Below are positions 1-11,949 of a stretch of 44,533 nt of DNA, one piece after another. The notes beneath the pieces are model-generated. The model saw only the letters and a list, made by a program, of their open reading frames with translations. It was not told where the DNA came from and searched no databases. The position numbers were made by a program, and so were the translations under genes. This DNA comes from Chiloscyllium plagiosum (lineage: Eukaryota), in assembly GCF_004010195.1 (NCBI RefSeq), contig NC_057717.1, positions 106,594,405 to 106,638,937 on the forward strand, written 5' to 3'. Every line of letters starts with the position of its first letter. The stretch's first letter is position 1.

Positions 1-142
1 TCACTCCCCCATTCCCCCCACCCACACTCCCCCATCCCCATTCCTGCCCCAATCTCACTCCCCGATCCCCTGTATCCTCACTGCATTGCCTCCTCCCCAC
101 CTCCTGCTTCCTTACTCAGCAGGTTTTTCTGCTTTAAGGGCT

Positions 143-840
143 GTAATGGGGAGGTGGTATTATCCCTGGGACATTAATCCCTACTAATGCTCTCACGTGG
201 GTTCAATTCCCATTGCGGCAGTTTAGCAATGTGTAAGCTGGCTGATAACAATCGTCAGAAAGCAGTGGAAGCTGGATCCCAGAATTTTTTCAAAGTGGAG
301 ATTGGCAGACAAGGAGCTTTAGGGGCAGGAGAATCAACGTTTCGGACAAGAGCCTTTCATCAGGAATGAAGGACTCTTGCCTGAAACCTCGATTCTCCTG
401 CTCCTCGGATGCTGCCTGACCTGCTGTGCTTTTCCAGCGCCGCACTCTCGACTGATTTCCAGCATCTGCAGTCCTCACTGTCTCCTAGGAGCTTGAGAGC
501 CACAGGGCAGATAGCAAAATGAAGATGAAACCACACCAGATGGGCTTTGAACTTATTGAAATGTGAGCAGGCTTAAAAGGCCAAATAGCCTATTTCTGCT
601 CCGAGTCCCAATAACACCATCTACCAAGAACCAGCATGAGTTGGTGCAAAAGCCCATCCAGTTCACTCACACCCTTTAAGGAAGGAAATCTGTCCTTACC
701 TGCTGTGGTCCACATGTGAATCCAGACCCATGGTGCCCTCTGAACTGGACCGAGCACATAATCCATTTAAGGGAAGTTCGGGATGGATAAGAAAAACTGG
801 CCCAGCCAGTCGACACCAACACCCTGGGAGTGAAGAAAAA
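143..840 (+). mobile_element. Deu-domain (SacSINE1-like) tRNA-derived SINE, split by later insertions
   Basis: Head at 143-230 has a box-B-like GGTTCAATTCCC. Body at ~640-840 has GTTCACTCAC...TTTAAGGAAGGAAATCTG...CTTACCTG (Deu-like core) and an A-rich end. The interval between holds a decayed CR1 3' end and a PLE end. Confidence 0.55.
325..485. mobile_element. Penelope-like element terminal fragment, fold-back, with hammerhead core
   Basis: Imperfect inverted repeat 325-360 / 366-401. The minus strand at 336-363 reads CTGATGA-AAGGCTCTTGTCC-GAAACGTT. It ends in the recurrent CAGCATCTGCAGTCCTCAC.TCTCC terminus. Confidence 0.75.
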
Positions 841-971
841 AGTAAGATACTGCTCATTCACCTTTCTTATTTCTTACTAGATCTTTCTTGTTTTTTTTTG
901 CAAAGTAGCAACTGCATTTTTTGGCAAAATGTTGACTACAACCCCAAAAATGATTTGAAAAAATACCCGGA

Positions 972-1086
972 AGAACTGCAGATGCTGGAAATCTGAAACA
1001 AAAACAGAAATTGCTGTAAAAACTCAGCATCCAATGAGAGAAATCAGAGTTAATGTTTTGGGTCCAGCGACCCTTCTTCAGAACTG
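972..1086 (-). mobile_element. Short PLE-type terminal repeat (second family) with decayed hammerhead core
   Basis: The minus strand reads AGTT-CTGAAGA-AGGGTCGCTGGACCC-AAAACATT-AACT. Related copies lie at ~9290-9385, ~16866-16968, ~25035-25125, ~38663-38760, ~41865-41970 and ~42590-42815. Confidence 0.65.
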
Positions 1087-1942
1087 TAAATGGTTGCAAA
1101 AATGAAGAACGACAAAAAAGATTTGTTGTTTGTGATATATTCTTTGAAATCTCTTGATGATTGTCTGAGGAATTAATCTGTTTCCTTCCACAGGGACTGA
1201 CAGTGAGGCACAAGAATGCTGTAGTCTACCATGTCAATGATTTCTCTCTCTCCTTCTGTCACGTGTGCTATAGTCATTATATATTAACCAAAATATTTTG
1301 TAATTTGGTTGTGATACTGATTTATTGGATTTAAAATGCTAATTTCCTGAGTAAACATATCCTGCTTGCTGGATCCCCATCTCCTTCCAAATCAGTCCTG
1401 ATAATCAGACAGCTTGAGAATTTGAAATTCCCAAATACCTGCATTTCTACCTAATGAATAGGCAGATTGACACGGCCAGAAGGGTACAAAGGCACACAGG
1501 GCAGTCTGTGCTCCATTAAGAGCTATTATCCCATGCTCTACTGTGGGGAGCTGCAGGCAGTTGGATTGAAGTGTGATGAATCATCGTTTTTATACACTGT
1601 TCACTTTGGGGTTGAATGTCTTGATCTGGTTAACTGGTTGAAAAGGTCAGACTACAACTAAACAATGAGCTCTTGACCATGTTAACCCTTGCAGATCCAG
1701 CGCTTGGCTACTCTTAAAGCATATTCTTCTACAGAAAATAGCAGGTTTTTTTTTTCAAATATCCTACACTTTAATGAAGAACACAGCCTCCAGCTATCAA
1801 TCCCACTATTCACTCAGAAACATTTTTATCCACAGAAATGCAGTAATTAAGAATTGTTGTTGTTTGTTGGTGCTTATTGCTGCTTTACTGTTTGGTAATG
1901 TCTTGTCCTTTGCTTATTGTCTTGCTGTGTGCTTGTGGTCTT

Positions 1943-3549
1943 AGAGTCATAGAGATGTACAGCAAGGAAACAGATCCTTCGGTCCAACTTGTACATGCCA
2001 AACAGGTATCCTAAATAAATCTTGCCCCATTTTCCAGCACTTGGCCCATATCCCTCCAAACCCTTCCTACTCATATACCCATCCAGGTGCCTTTTAAATG
2101 TTATAATTGTACCAGCCTCCTCCACTTCCCCTAGAGCTCATTCCATACACGTACCACCCTCTAGGTGAAAAAGGTTCTCCCTTATTTCCCTTTTATATCT
2201 TTCCCCTCTCACTCTAAACCTACGCCCCCTAATTTTGGACTCTCTTACCCTGGGAAAAAGATCTTGTCTATTTGTCCTATCTATGCCCTCATGATTTTAC
2301 AAGGTCACTCCTAAACGTCCAACGCTCCAGGGAAAACAGCCCCAGCCTGTTCAGCCTCTCCCTATAGCTCAAATCCTCCAACCCTGGCAACACTTTTTTT
2401 TTAACACTTTCAAGTTTCAGAACATTCTTCCAATAGCAGAGAGATCAGAATTACATACAATATTCCAACAGTGGCCTGACCAATGTCCTGTACAGCCACA
2501 ACATGGCCTCCCAACTCCTATACTCAATACTCTGACCAATGAAGGAAAGCATACCAAACGCCTCCTTCAGTATCCTATCTACCTGCGACTCTACTTTCAA
2601 GGAGCTATGAACCTGCACTCCAAGGTCTCTGTTCAGCAACACTCCCTAGGACCTTACCATTAAGTGTATAAGTTCTGCTAAGATTTGCTTTCCCAAAATG
2701 CAGCACCTCGCATTTATCTGAATTAAACTCCATCTGCCACTCCTCAGCCCATTGGCCCGTTTGGTCCAGATCCTGTTGTAATCTGAGGTAACCCTCTTCG
2801 CTGTCCACTACACCTCCAATTTTGGTGTCATCTGTAAACTTACTAACTATACCTCTTGTGCTCACATTTAAATCATTTATTTAAATTATGAAAAGCAGTG
2901 AACCCAGCACCAATCCCTTGTGGCACTCCACTGGTCACAGGCCTCCGGTCTGAAAACAACCCTCCACCACCACCCTCTGTCTTCTACCTTTGAACCAGTT
3001 CTGTATTCATATGGCTAGTTCTCCCTCTATTTCATGAGATCTAACCTTGCTAACCAGTATGTCATGAGGAACCTTGTCGAACGCCTTACAGAAGTCCATA
3101 TAGATCACATCTACTGCTCTGCCCTCATCAATCCTCTTTGTTACATCCTCAAAAAACTCAATCAAGTTTGTGAGACATGATTTCCCAGGCACAAAGCCAT
3201 GTTGTCCCTCAGGATTTCCTCCAATATATTGCCCAATCTCACCGGCCTATAGTTCCCTGGCTTGTCCTTACCACCATTCTTAAATAGTGGAACCACGTTT
3301 GCCACCCTCCAGTCTTCCAGCACCTGACCTGTGACTATCGATGATCCAAATATCTCAGCAAGGGGCCTAGCAATCACTTCCCTAGCTTCCCACAGAGTTC
3401 TAAGATACACCTGATCAGGTGCCCGGGATTTGTCCACTTTTATGCATTTTAAGACATTCAGCACCTCCTTCTCTGCAATATGGACACTTTTCAAGATGTC
3501 ACCATCTATCTCCCCTATTCTATATCTTCCATGTCCTTCTCCACAGTAA
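1943..3549 (-). mobile_element. CR1 LINE, 5'-truncated, degenerate ORF2 (RT region)
   Basis: Minus-strand ORF pieces DKPGNYRPV, KSCLTNLIEFFE..VDVIYMDFCKAFDKVPH, SKFTDDTKIGG, LYRTLVRPLLEYC. 3' tail CTCTATGACTCT at 1943. Several frameshifts. Confidence 0.95.
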
Positions 3550-6500
3550 TCTTGCTGTGCACTTGTTGCTTTGTTGTGTGCCTGTCGTTCTGCTGTGTGC
3601 CTGTTGTCTTGCTGTGTGCTTGTTGTCCTGCTGTGTGCCTGTTGTCTTGCTGTATGCTTATTGTCTTGCTGTGTGCTTGTCATCCTGCTGGGGGCTTGTT
3701 ATCTTGCTGTGTACCAGTTGTCTTTTTATGTGTCTGTTGTTTTTATGTGTGTCCGTTGTCTTGCTGTGTGGCTGTTGTCCCGCTGTGTGCTTGTTGTCCC
3801 GCTGTGTGCTTGTTGTCCCGCTGTGTGCTTGTTGTCCAGCTGTGTGATTGTTGTCTTGTGGTGTACCTGCTGTCTTGGTGTGTGCCTGTTTTCTTGCTGT
3901 GTGCTTGTTGTCTTGCTGTGTGCCTGTTGTCTTGCTGTATGCTTGCTGTCTTGCTGTGTGCTTGTTGTCCCGCTGTGTGCTTGTTGTCCAGCTGTGTGAT
4001 TGTTGTCTCGCGGTGTACCTGCTGTCTTGCTGTGTGCCTGCTGTCTTGCTGTATGCTTGTTGTCTTGCTGTATGCTTGTTGTCCCGCTGTGTGCTTGTTG
4101 TCCCGCTGTGTGCTTGTTGTCCAGCTGTGTGCTTGTTGTCCTGCTGTGTGCTTGTTGTCCTGCTGTGTGCTTGTTGACTTGCTGTGTACCTGCTGTCTTG
4201 GTGTGTGCCTGTTTTCTTGCTGTGTGCTTGTTGTCTTGCTGTGTGCCTGTTGTCCTGCTGTGTACTTGTTGTCTTGCTATGTGTTTGTTGTCTTGCTATG
4301 TGTTTGTTGTCTTGCTGTATGCCTGTTGTCTTTCTGTCTGCCTGTTGTCTTGCCTTATGCATGTTGTCTCGCTTTGTGCTTGTTGTCTTGCTGTCTGCCT
4401 GTTTCCTTGATGTGTCCCTGTTGTCTTGCTGTCTGCCTGTTGTCTTGCTGTATGCCTGTTGTCTTTCTGTCTGCCTGTTGTCTTGCCTTATGCATGTTGT
4501 CTCGCTTTGTGCTTGTTGTCTTGCTGTCTGCCTGTTTCCTTGATGTGTCCCTGTTGTCTTGCTGTCTGCCTGTTGTCTTGCTGTATGCCTGTTGTCTTGC
4601 TGTGTACATTGTCTTGCGGTGTGCTTGTTGTCTTGCTGTGTGCCTGTTGTCCTGCTGTGTNNNNNNNNNNNNNNNNNNNNNNNNNNNNNNNNNNNNNNNN
4701 NNNNNNNNNNNNNNNNNNNNNNNNNNNNNNNNNNNNNNNNNNNNNNNNNNNNNNNNNNNNNNNNNNNNNNNNNNNNNNNNNNNNNNNNNNNNNNNNTCTT
4801 GCTGTGTGCCTGTTGTCCAGCTGTGATTGTTGTCCTGCTGTGTACATTATCTTGCTGTGTGCCTGTTGTCCAGCTGTGTGATTGTTGACTTGCAGTGTGC
4901 CTGTTGTCTTGCAGTGTGCCTGTTGTCCTGCTGTGTGCTTGTTGTCCTGCTGTGTACATTGTCTTGCTATGTGCCTGTTGTCTTGCTGTGTGATTGTTGT
5001 ATTGCTGTGTACATTGTCTTGCTGTGTGCCTGTTGTACAGCTGTGTGATTGTTGTCTTGCTGTATGCCTGTTGTCCTGCTGTGTGCCTGTTGTTTTTCTA
5101 TGTGCCTGTTGTCTTGCTGTGTGCTTGTTGTCTTGATTAGTGCTTGTTGTCTTGCTGCGTGCCTGTTGTCTTTATGTGTTCCTGTTTTCTTGTTGTCTGC
5201 CTGTTGTCTTGCTGTGTACATTGTCTTGCTGTGTACATTGTCTTGCTGTGTGCTTGTTGTCTTGCTGTGTGCCTGTTGTCTTGCTGTGTACCTGTTGTCT
5301 TGCTGTGTACATTGTCCTGCTGTGTGCATGTTGTCTTGTTATGTGTCTGTTGTCTTGCTGTGTGCTTGTTGTCTTGTTGTGTACCTTTTGTCCTGCTGTG
5401 TGCCTGTTGTCCTGCTGTGTACCTGTTGTCTTGCTGTGTGCCTGTTGTCCTGCTGTGTATATTGTCTTGCTGTGTGCTTGTCTTATGTGTCTTTTGTCTT
5501 GCTGTGTACATTGTCTTGCTGTGTGCTTGTTTTCCAGCTGTGTGATTGTTGTCTTGCTGTGTGCCTGTTGTCTTGCTATATGCCTGTTGTCTTGCTGTGT
5601 ACATTGTCTTGCTCTGTGCCTGTTGTCCTGCTGTGTGCCTGTTGTGTTGCAGTGTACATTGTCTTGCTGTGTGCTTGTTGTCCTGCTGTGTGCTTGTTGT
5701 CTTGCTGTATGCTGGTTGTCTTGCTGTGTGCTTGTTGTCTTGTCATGTGCTTGTTGTCCTGCTGTGTACCTGTTGTTCTGCTGTGTACATTGTCTTGTTG
5801 TGTGCCTGTTGTCCAGCTGTGATTGTTGTCCTGCTGTGTACGTTGTCTTGCTGTGTGCCTGTTGTCCTGCTGTGTGCATGTTATCTTGTATGCCTGTTGT
5901 CATGCTGTGTATGTTGTCTTGCTGTGTGCCTGTTGTGTTGCTGTGTGCCTGTTGTCCTGCTGTGTGCCTGTTGTGTTGCTGTGTAATTGTTGTCTTGCTG
6001 TGTGCCTGTTGTCCTGCTGTGTGCATGTTGTCTTGTATGCCTGTTGTCCTGCTGTGTACCTGTTGTCTTGCTGTGTGCCTGTTGTCCTGCTGTTGTATAT
6101 TGTCTTGCTGTGTGCCTGTTATTTGCTGTGTTCCTGTTGTCTTGCTGTATGCTTGTTGTCCTGCTGTTGTATATTGTCTTGCTGTGTGCTTGTTGTCTTA
6201 TGTGTCTGTTGTCTTGCTGTGTACCTTGTCTTGCTGTGTGCTGGTTGTCCAGCTGTGTGATTGTTGTCTTGCTGTGTGCCTGTTGTCTTGCTATATGCCT
6301 GTTGTCTTCCTGTGTGATTGTTGTCTTGCTGTGTGCCTGTTGTCCTGCTGTGTGCTTGTTGTCTTGCTGTGTACATTGTCTTGCTCTGTACCTGTTGTCC
6401 AGCTGTGTGCCTGTTGTGTTGCTATGTAATTGTTGTCTTGCTGTGTGCCTGTTGTCCTGCGGTGTACCTGTTGTCCTGCTGTGTGCCTGTTGTCTTGCTG

Positions 6501-8060
6501 TGTGCCTGTTGTCTTGCTGCGTGCCTGTTGTCTTGCTGTGTAATTGTTGTCTTGCTGTGTGCCTGTTGCCCTGCAGTATACTTGTTGTCTTGCTGTGTGC
6601 TTGTTGTTTTGCTGTGTGCCTGTTGTCTGGCTGTGTGCCTGTTGTCCTGCTGTGTGCCTTTTGTTTTACTGTGTGCCTGTTGTGTTGCTGTGTGCTTGTT
6701 GTCTTGCTGTGTACATTGTCTTGCTCTGTACCTGTTGTCCTGCTGTGTGCCTGTTGTGTTGCTGTGTACTTGTCTTGCTGTGTGCTTGTTGTCCAGCTGT
6801 GTGCCTGTTGTCTTGATATGTGCCTGTTGTGTTGCTATGTAATTGTTGTCTTGCTGTGTGCCTGTTGTCCTGCGGTGTACCTGTTGTCTTGCTGTGTGCC
6901 TGTTGTCTTGCTGTGTGCATGTTGTCTTGCTGTGTGCCTGTTGTGTTGCTGTGTCCTTGTCTTGCTGTGTGCTTGTTGTTCTGCTGTGTGCATGTTGTCC
7001 TGCTGTATGCCTGTAGTCTTGTGTGCCTGTTGTCCTGCTGTGTGCCTGTTGTCTTGCAGTGTATTTCTCTTGCTGTGCACCTGTTGTCCTGCGGTGTACG
7101 TGTTGTCCTGCTATGTACATTGTCTTGCTGTGTGCTTGTTGTCCAGCTGTGTGATTATTGTCCTGCTGTGTGCCTGTTGTCCTGCTGTGTGCCTGTTGTG
7201 TTGCTGTGTGCCTGTTGTGTTGCTGTGTAATTGTTGTCTTGCTGTGTGCCTGTTGTCCTGCAGTATACTTGTTGTCTTGCTGTGTGCTTGTTGTTTTGCT
7301 GTGTGCCTGTTGTCTGGCTGTGTACCTGTTGTCCTGCTGTGTGCTTTTTGTTTTGCTGTGTGCCTGTTGTGTTGCTGTGTGCCTGTTGTCCTGCTGTGTG
7401 CCAGTTATCTTGCTGTGTGCCTGGTGTCCTGCTGTGTGCCAGTTGTCTTGCTGTGTGCCTGTTGTCCTGCAGCGTGCTTGTTGTCTTGCTGTGTGCCTGT
7501 TGTCCTGCTGTGTGCCTGTTGTCTGGCTGTGTGCCTGTTGTCCTGCTGTGTGCTTTTTGTTTTGCTGTGTGCCTGTTGTGTTGCTGTGTGCCTGTTGCCC
7601 TGCTGTGTGCCAGTTGTCTTGCTGTGTGCCTGGTGTCCTGCTGTGTGCCAGTTGTCTCGCTGTGTGCCTGTTGTCCTGCAGCGTGCTTGTTGTCTTGCTG
7701 TGTGCCTGTTGTCCTGCTGTGTGCATGTTGTCTTGTTGTATGCCTGTTGTCCTCCTGTGTGCCTGCTGTCTTGCTGTGTACTTGTTGTCCTGCTGCGTGC
7801 CTGTTGTCTTGCTATGTGCCTGTTGTCTTGCAGTGTGTCTGTTGTCTTGCTATGTGCCTGTTGTCTTGCAGTGTGCCTGTTGTCTTTCTATGTACTTATT
7901 GTCCTGCTGTGTGCCTGTTGTCTTGCTGTGTGCCTGTTGTCTTGCAGTGTGTCTGTTGTCTTGCTATGTGCCTGTTGTCTTGCAGTGTGCCTGTTGTCTT
8001 GCAGTGTGCCTGTTGTCTTGCGGTATACTTGCTGTTTTGTTGTTTGTTTGTTGTTGTATG
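3550..8060. repeat. 19-bp tandem satellite/minisatellite (consensus CTGTGTGCCTGTTGTCTTG)
   Basis: The unit repeats continuously for ~4.5 kb with variants such as CTGTGTACATTGTCTTG and CTGTGTGATTGTTGTCTTG. A degenerate edge also lies at 1853-1942. Contains an N gap. Confidence 0.97.
4661..4796. other. Assembly gap (136 N)
   Basis: Run of N inside the satellite. Confidence 1.
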
Positions 8061-9386
8061 TCACGTTCCTTTGTTGTCTTGTTCTCAGCTTGCTTCTCCT
8101 ACTCTGCCCAGTTTGAATCCTTTCAATCTAATTCTACCAAGTTTTAGCACCAAAGCTGCTCTGAATCTGTTCACAGCATTTGTTCTATTCTTTTTTGAAG
8201 CAAACCAAAATATTTTGCTCTACCTGTCATGCTATAAGTTGTTAAATGTCAATATCTTCTGTAAATCCCTGAGAATAGATGTGAGTTTAGTTGAGATTAA
8301 TGGAATATAAAGGCTGCCAATGTGGAGAATTCTACTGTGGTACTAATCCATGGAAAATCAAAAATCTCAGATGGAACCTGGCCAATCCCTGACTAAAATA
8401 TAGTTGATACTATTCAGGTACCTGATCTTACCCAGAAATGCAAAGATTTTATCTTTGACTTTCATAGCTACAAAGCAGCTGCATTATAGATTACAGATGT
8501 TCGCACATATAGATAGCAACATTTATAAGGCTAAGTACGGATACATGTACACGCGTGTCCACAATAACAGACAGCCATTAATGTTAGTACTTAATGTTCG
8601 TTTAGGATAAAGAGAAGGGAGGCTGATAAACTCTTGAAATCATTTGAAAATGATGACACTTTTGCTCTGATAAACAAGTTCCTAAAGAGAGGCTTCAGCA
8701 TTGCACACTTTATCACATAAGACAGCTTTGACCTGGTTCTCCTGAACTCAGTGCCAATTGGTTGCCTCCCACGCAGATTTCTGACATAAGACATCAGCTG
8801 TACCCCATCACTTAAAGAGAAGCAGATGCTGTGTGTTTTAGGTTGGGGATTGGTCAGACTGGAATGAAGGAATGGTGTTTATGTGGGCAACAGTTTGACT
8901 GTTTGCAGCTTTATCCTGTCTTCGTAGCTTGGAACAGAAATTGAGACACTGGGAAAGAACAAGAATGGAAGAGAAAGGAAAGAAACACTAGGACAGGAAG
9001 CAGGGTGAGAGAAATAAAAACAAGGTAAGAGAGCTATAACATGAAAGACATAGAAAAAAAAAAGAAAAAAAACTAAAAGGAGAAATTTATAAATGGAAGG
9101 AGAGAGAGTGACATGAGTGTGAGTGAAAAGCAAAACAACAGCCGGAACCCAACAATTTCCCATAAGCAATTGTTCAAGATAAGCAAGTAACTAATTTCCT
9201 TGATGAGGTTTCTTCATCCTTGTTCTTTGGGATTCAAGATTGCTGGAGAATTCATGGTGTTGAAATCATGACTCAACTGCCTGACACAAAGACAAAAATT
9301 GCTGGAAAAGCTCAGTATGTCAGGCAGTGTCTGTGGAGAGAAACCAGAGTTAACGTTTTGGGTCCAGAGATCCTTCCTCAGGACTG

Positions 9387-9775
9387 CCTGACACCCAATC
9401 CACAGACTCATTACTGGCTTACACCAAATACACAGCCAAAACTGTCCTTGACACCCAACTCACAGTCCCAACACTATCTCAGACCCAACCCACAGTCCCA
9501 ACTCTGCTTGACACCCAGTACACAGTCAAAACTCAACATGGCACCCAATCCAAGACAAAACACTGCATGGCACCCAAAACACAGCCCCAAAACTGCCTGA
9601 TCCCCATAAGACCATAACATATTGGAGCAAATTAGACCATATGGCTCATTGAATCTGCTCCACCATTTGATCATGGCTGATCCAAAGCTATCTGACTCCC
9701 ATTTCCAACACTATCTAACCCCCATTCCATAGTCCCAACACTCCCCGACACTCAATCCACAGTCCCAATCTACTG
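9387..9775. repeat. Degenerate ~30-bp minisatellite (…TGACACCCAATCCACAGTCCCAACACT…) interrupted by a CR1 tail
   Basis: About 7 units to ~9605, then a minus-strand CR1 3' end (CATAAGACCATAACATTGGAGC, ~9606-9700), then about 2 more units. Confidence 0.75.
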
Positions 9776-10809
9776 TTCCCATGCCAGCTGTATCTCCCCT
9801 ACATCATCCTCCTCCAGCTTTGGGCTTTTTTAAATTTGACCTAAAAAGTGAAAGGCCAGTGTGCACTAATTCCATTGAAGAGGAATGATGGGATATAGTT
9901 TGAGATCAGTTGTGAATTTGTGCAGAGTTGGAGCTCGGGCCCCAGACACATGTTGTCACAGCTGAGGGAATCGCACATTATGTGGGGCTGTTTAAGTTTT
10001 AGAAACAATCCCAAACACATGGACATCACTTGTTAAACAGCAGGAAAATTAATGCAAGCTGTGTCACCATGGCAATATTGCTGACTGAAAATATTGTAAA
10101 ATTCCCTGAGTGTAATTCAAAGTGCTTTATTAAGCATCCATCATTGCTTTGCTTCAATAAACTATCAGCTTCAAATAATCTGCTTGACTCTCCACTTTTC
10201 CATGACTACTTCTTTGATGTTCATTGGTCACATATCTGGCCCATTGCCAACCTCTTTTTCCTGAATTAATTCAGCTCTCAATGAGTCTCACGAGATGCCT
10301 TACTCCTTGTCTATTCCAGTCTGACTGTTCATCCTTTTACATTTGAGAGATTTTAATTAATGCACTGGAAAATGAACAACCCCCCCCCCCCCTGTAATTC
10401 CTAGGCAATCATATATTAGATCTTATGACACTGTTAAGAGTATCATAACAGGTTTCAATTAAAGTTTAAAAGATGAAGTCAATGAACAAGTAAATATTCT
10501 TGAAGTTATGCTGTCAAATTCTTCAAGTAGATGAAAAGAAGCCAAGTTTACCACTCAGAAAACTACACTACTTCGCAAACTACTTTCAATGGAGGGGTCT
10601 AGAAATTCAATTGCTGCCATTTTCAGTTGCTCATTCCTTTCTGCTGTCCTGCTCACTTATCCCTTGTCCCTCTTTGCACATTTCTGTTGTTGAACATGCA
10701 ACTCCTTACCCTTGTCACTTGAAGAAGCAGAAGCTGAAGCCAAAGATAATTTCCTGAAAATTCATTAGTGGGATTTTGGTATTTATTGCCGATGCCTTTG
10801 TTCATTCAT

Positions 10810-11425
10810 TTCACGAGGGCTAGAAAACAAGAACAGAGATCTTCTGCTGAGGCATTTAAGGCTCTGGTCAGAACGGAATATTGTGAGCAGTTGTGGGCTT
10901 CTTATTGAAGGAAAGATGTGCTGGCATCGGAGGAGGTCCAGAGAAATTTACAAGAATAGTACAGGGGATGAATAGCTTGTCATATGAGCGATTGAGGACT
11001 CTTAGTGTGTACTCAATGGAGCTTAGAAGGATGAGGCAGATCTCATTAAAACTTACAGAAGACTGAGAGGCCTGGAAAGAGTGAATGAGGAGAAGATGTT
11101 TCCACTAGTAGGAGAGACTGGAATACAAGGCCACAGCCTCAGGGTAAAGGGGTGATCCTTCAGAACTGAGATGAGAAGGAATGTCTTCAGTCAGAGGGTG
11201 ATAAATCTGTGGAACTCATTGCCACAGAAAGCTGTGGAAGCCAAGTCATGGTGTGTATTTAATATAGAAATAGATAGGTTCTATATTAGTAAGGAGATCA
11301 AGGACTGTGGGGAGAAGGTGGGAGTTTAGGGGTAAGAAACATATCAGCCATGATCAAATGGGAGAACAGACTAAATGGGCCCAATGGCCTAATTCTGTTT
11401 TGCTATCACATGGCCTTATGGTCTA
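10810..11425 (+). mobile_element. CR1 LINE 3' fragment (old)
   Basis: Decayed ORF2 C-terminal coding similar to 37000-37460 (CTGGTCAGA..GAATATTGTGAGCAG, CAGAGGGTGATAAATCTGTGGAACTCATTGCC) and a CTTATGGTCT tail. Confidence 0.85.
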
Positions 11426-11949
11426 ATTGCCCTTGCAAATGTGTTGATAAGGTGCCTTCTTGAACCTCTGCAATCCTTGGTGTGTAGGGAGACCCATAAT
11501 GCTGTTAGAGAAATAGTTTAGGATTTTGATGCAGTGACAGTGAAAGATTTGCTATGTCTTAGAGCACGTGGATGTGATTATTGGAAATGAACTTGGCTCT
11601 GTTCGCAGAGCTAGTGAGATTGTGGTCAGGGGTCAAACAAAGGCAGAGTTAGGACCCACAGCCTGCAACATGAATTTGTATTGAACTGCACCAAATACCA
11701 GGTCAACATTAACCAAATGAACATTTTTGGATGTATTTACTCTGACCATAGAGTCCACCTTGATCTAAGCAAGATAATGGATATTAAACAAATGCTAATC
11801 CCACAGGATAAGGAGGATCTGTGTTGTTGCCTCAGAGTTTTGGACCTCCTGTCACCTTACATTTCCAACCTTGTGCAGTAGGCATATCAGCTGAGAGATT
11901 TACCCAGGGGCAGTCCCTTTCAGTGTCAAGATGACTGCCAACAAGTCTT

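Noticed and set aside
1..110. C-run tract (G-quadruplex potential on the minus strand)
   Set aside because: Low-complexity sequence truncated by the window edge, with no evidence of function.
3550..8060. CRISPR-like array
   Set aside because: Contiguous tandem units with no unique spacers, eukaryotic context, and no cas genes.
3419..8310. Long Cys/Leu/Val-rich (+) and Gln/Thr/His-rich (-) ORFs up to 709 aa, resembling keratin-associated or metallothionein-like proteins
   Set aside because: They are open in all six frames because the 19-bp unit cannot form stop codons, and there is no frame preference.
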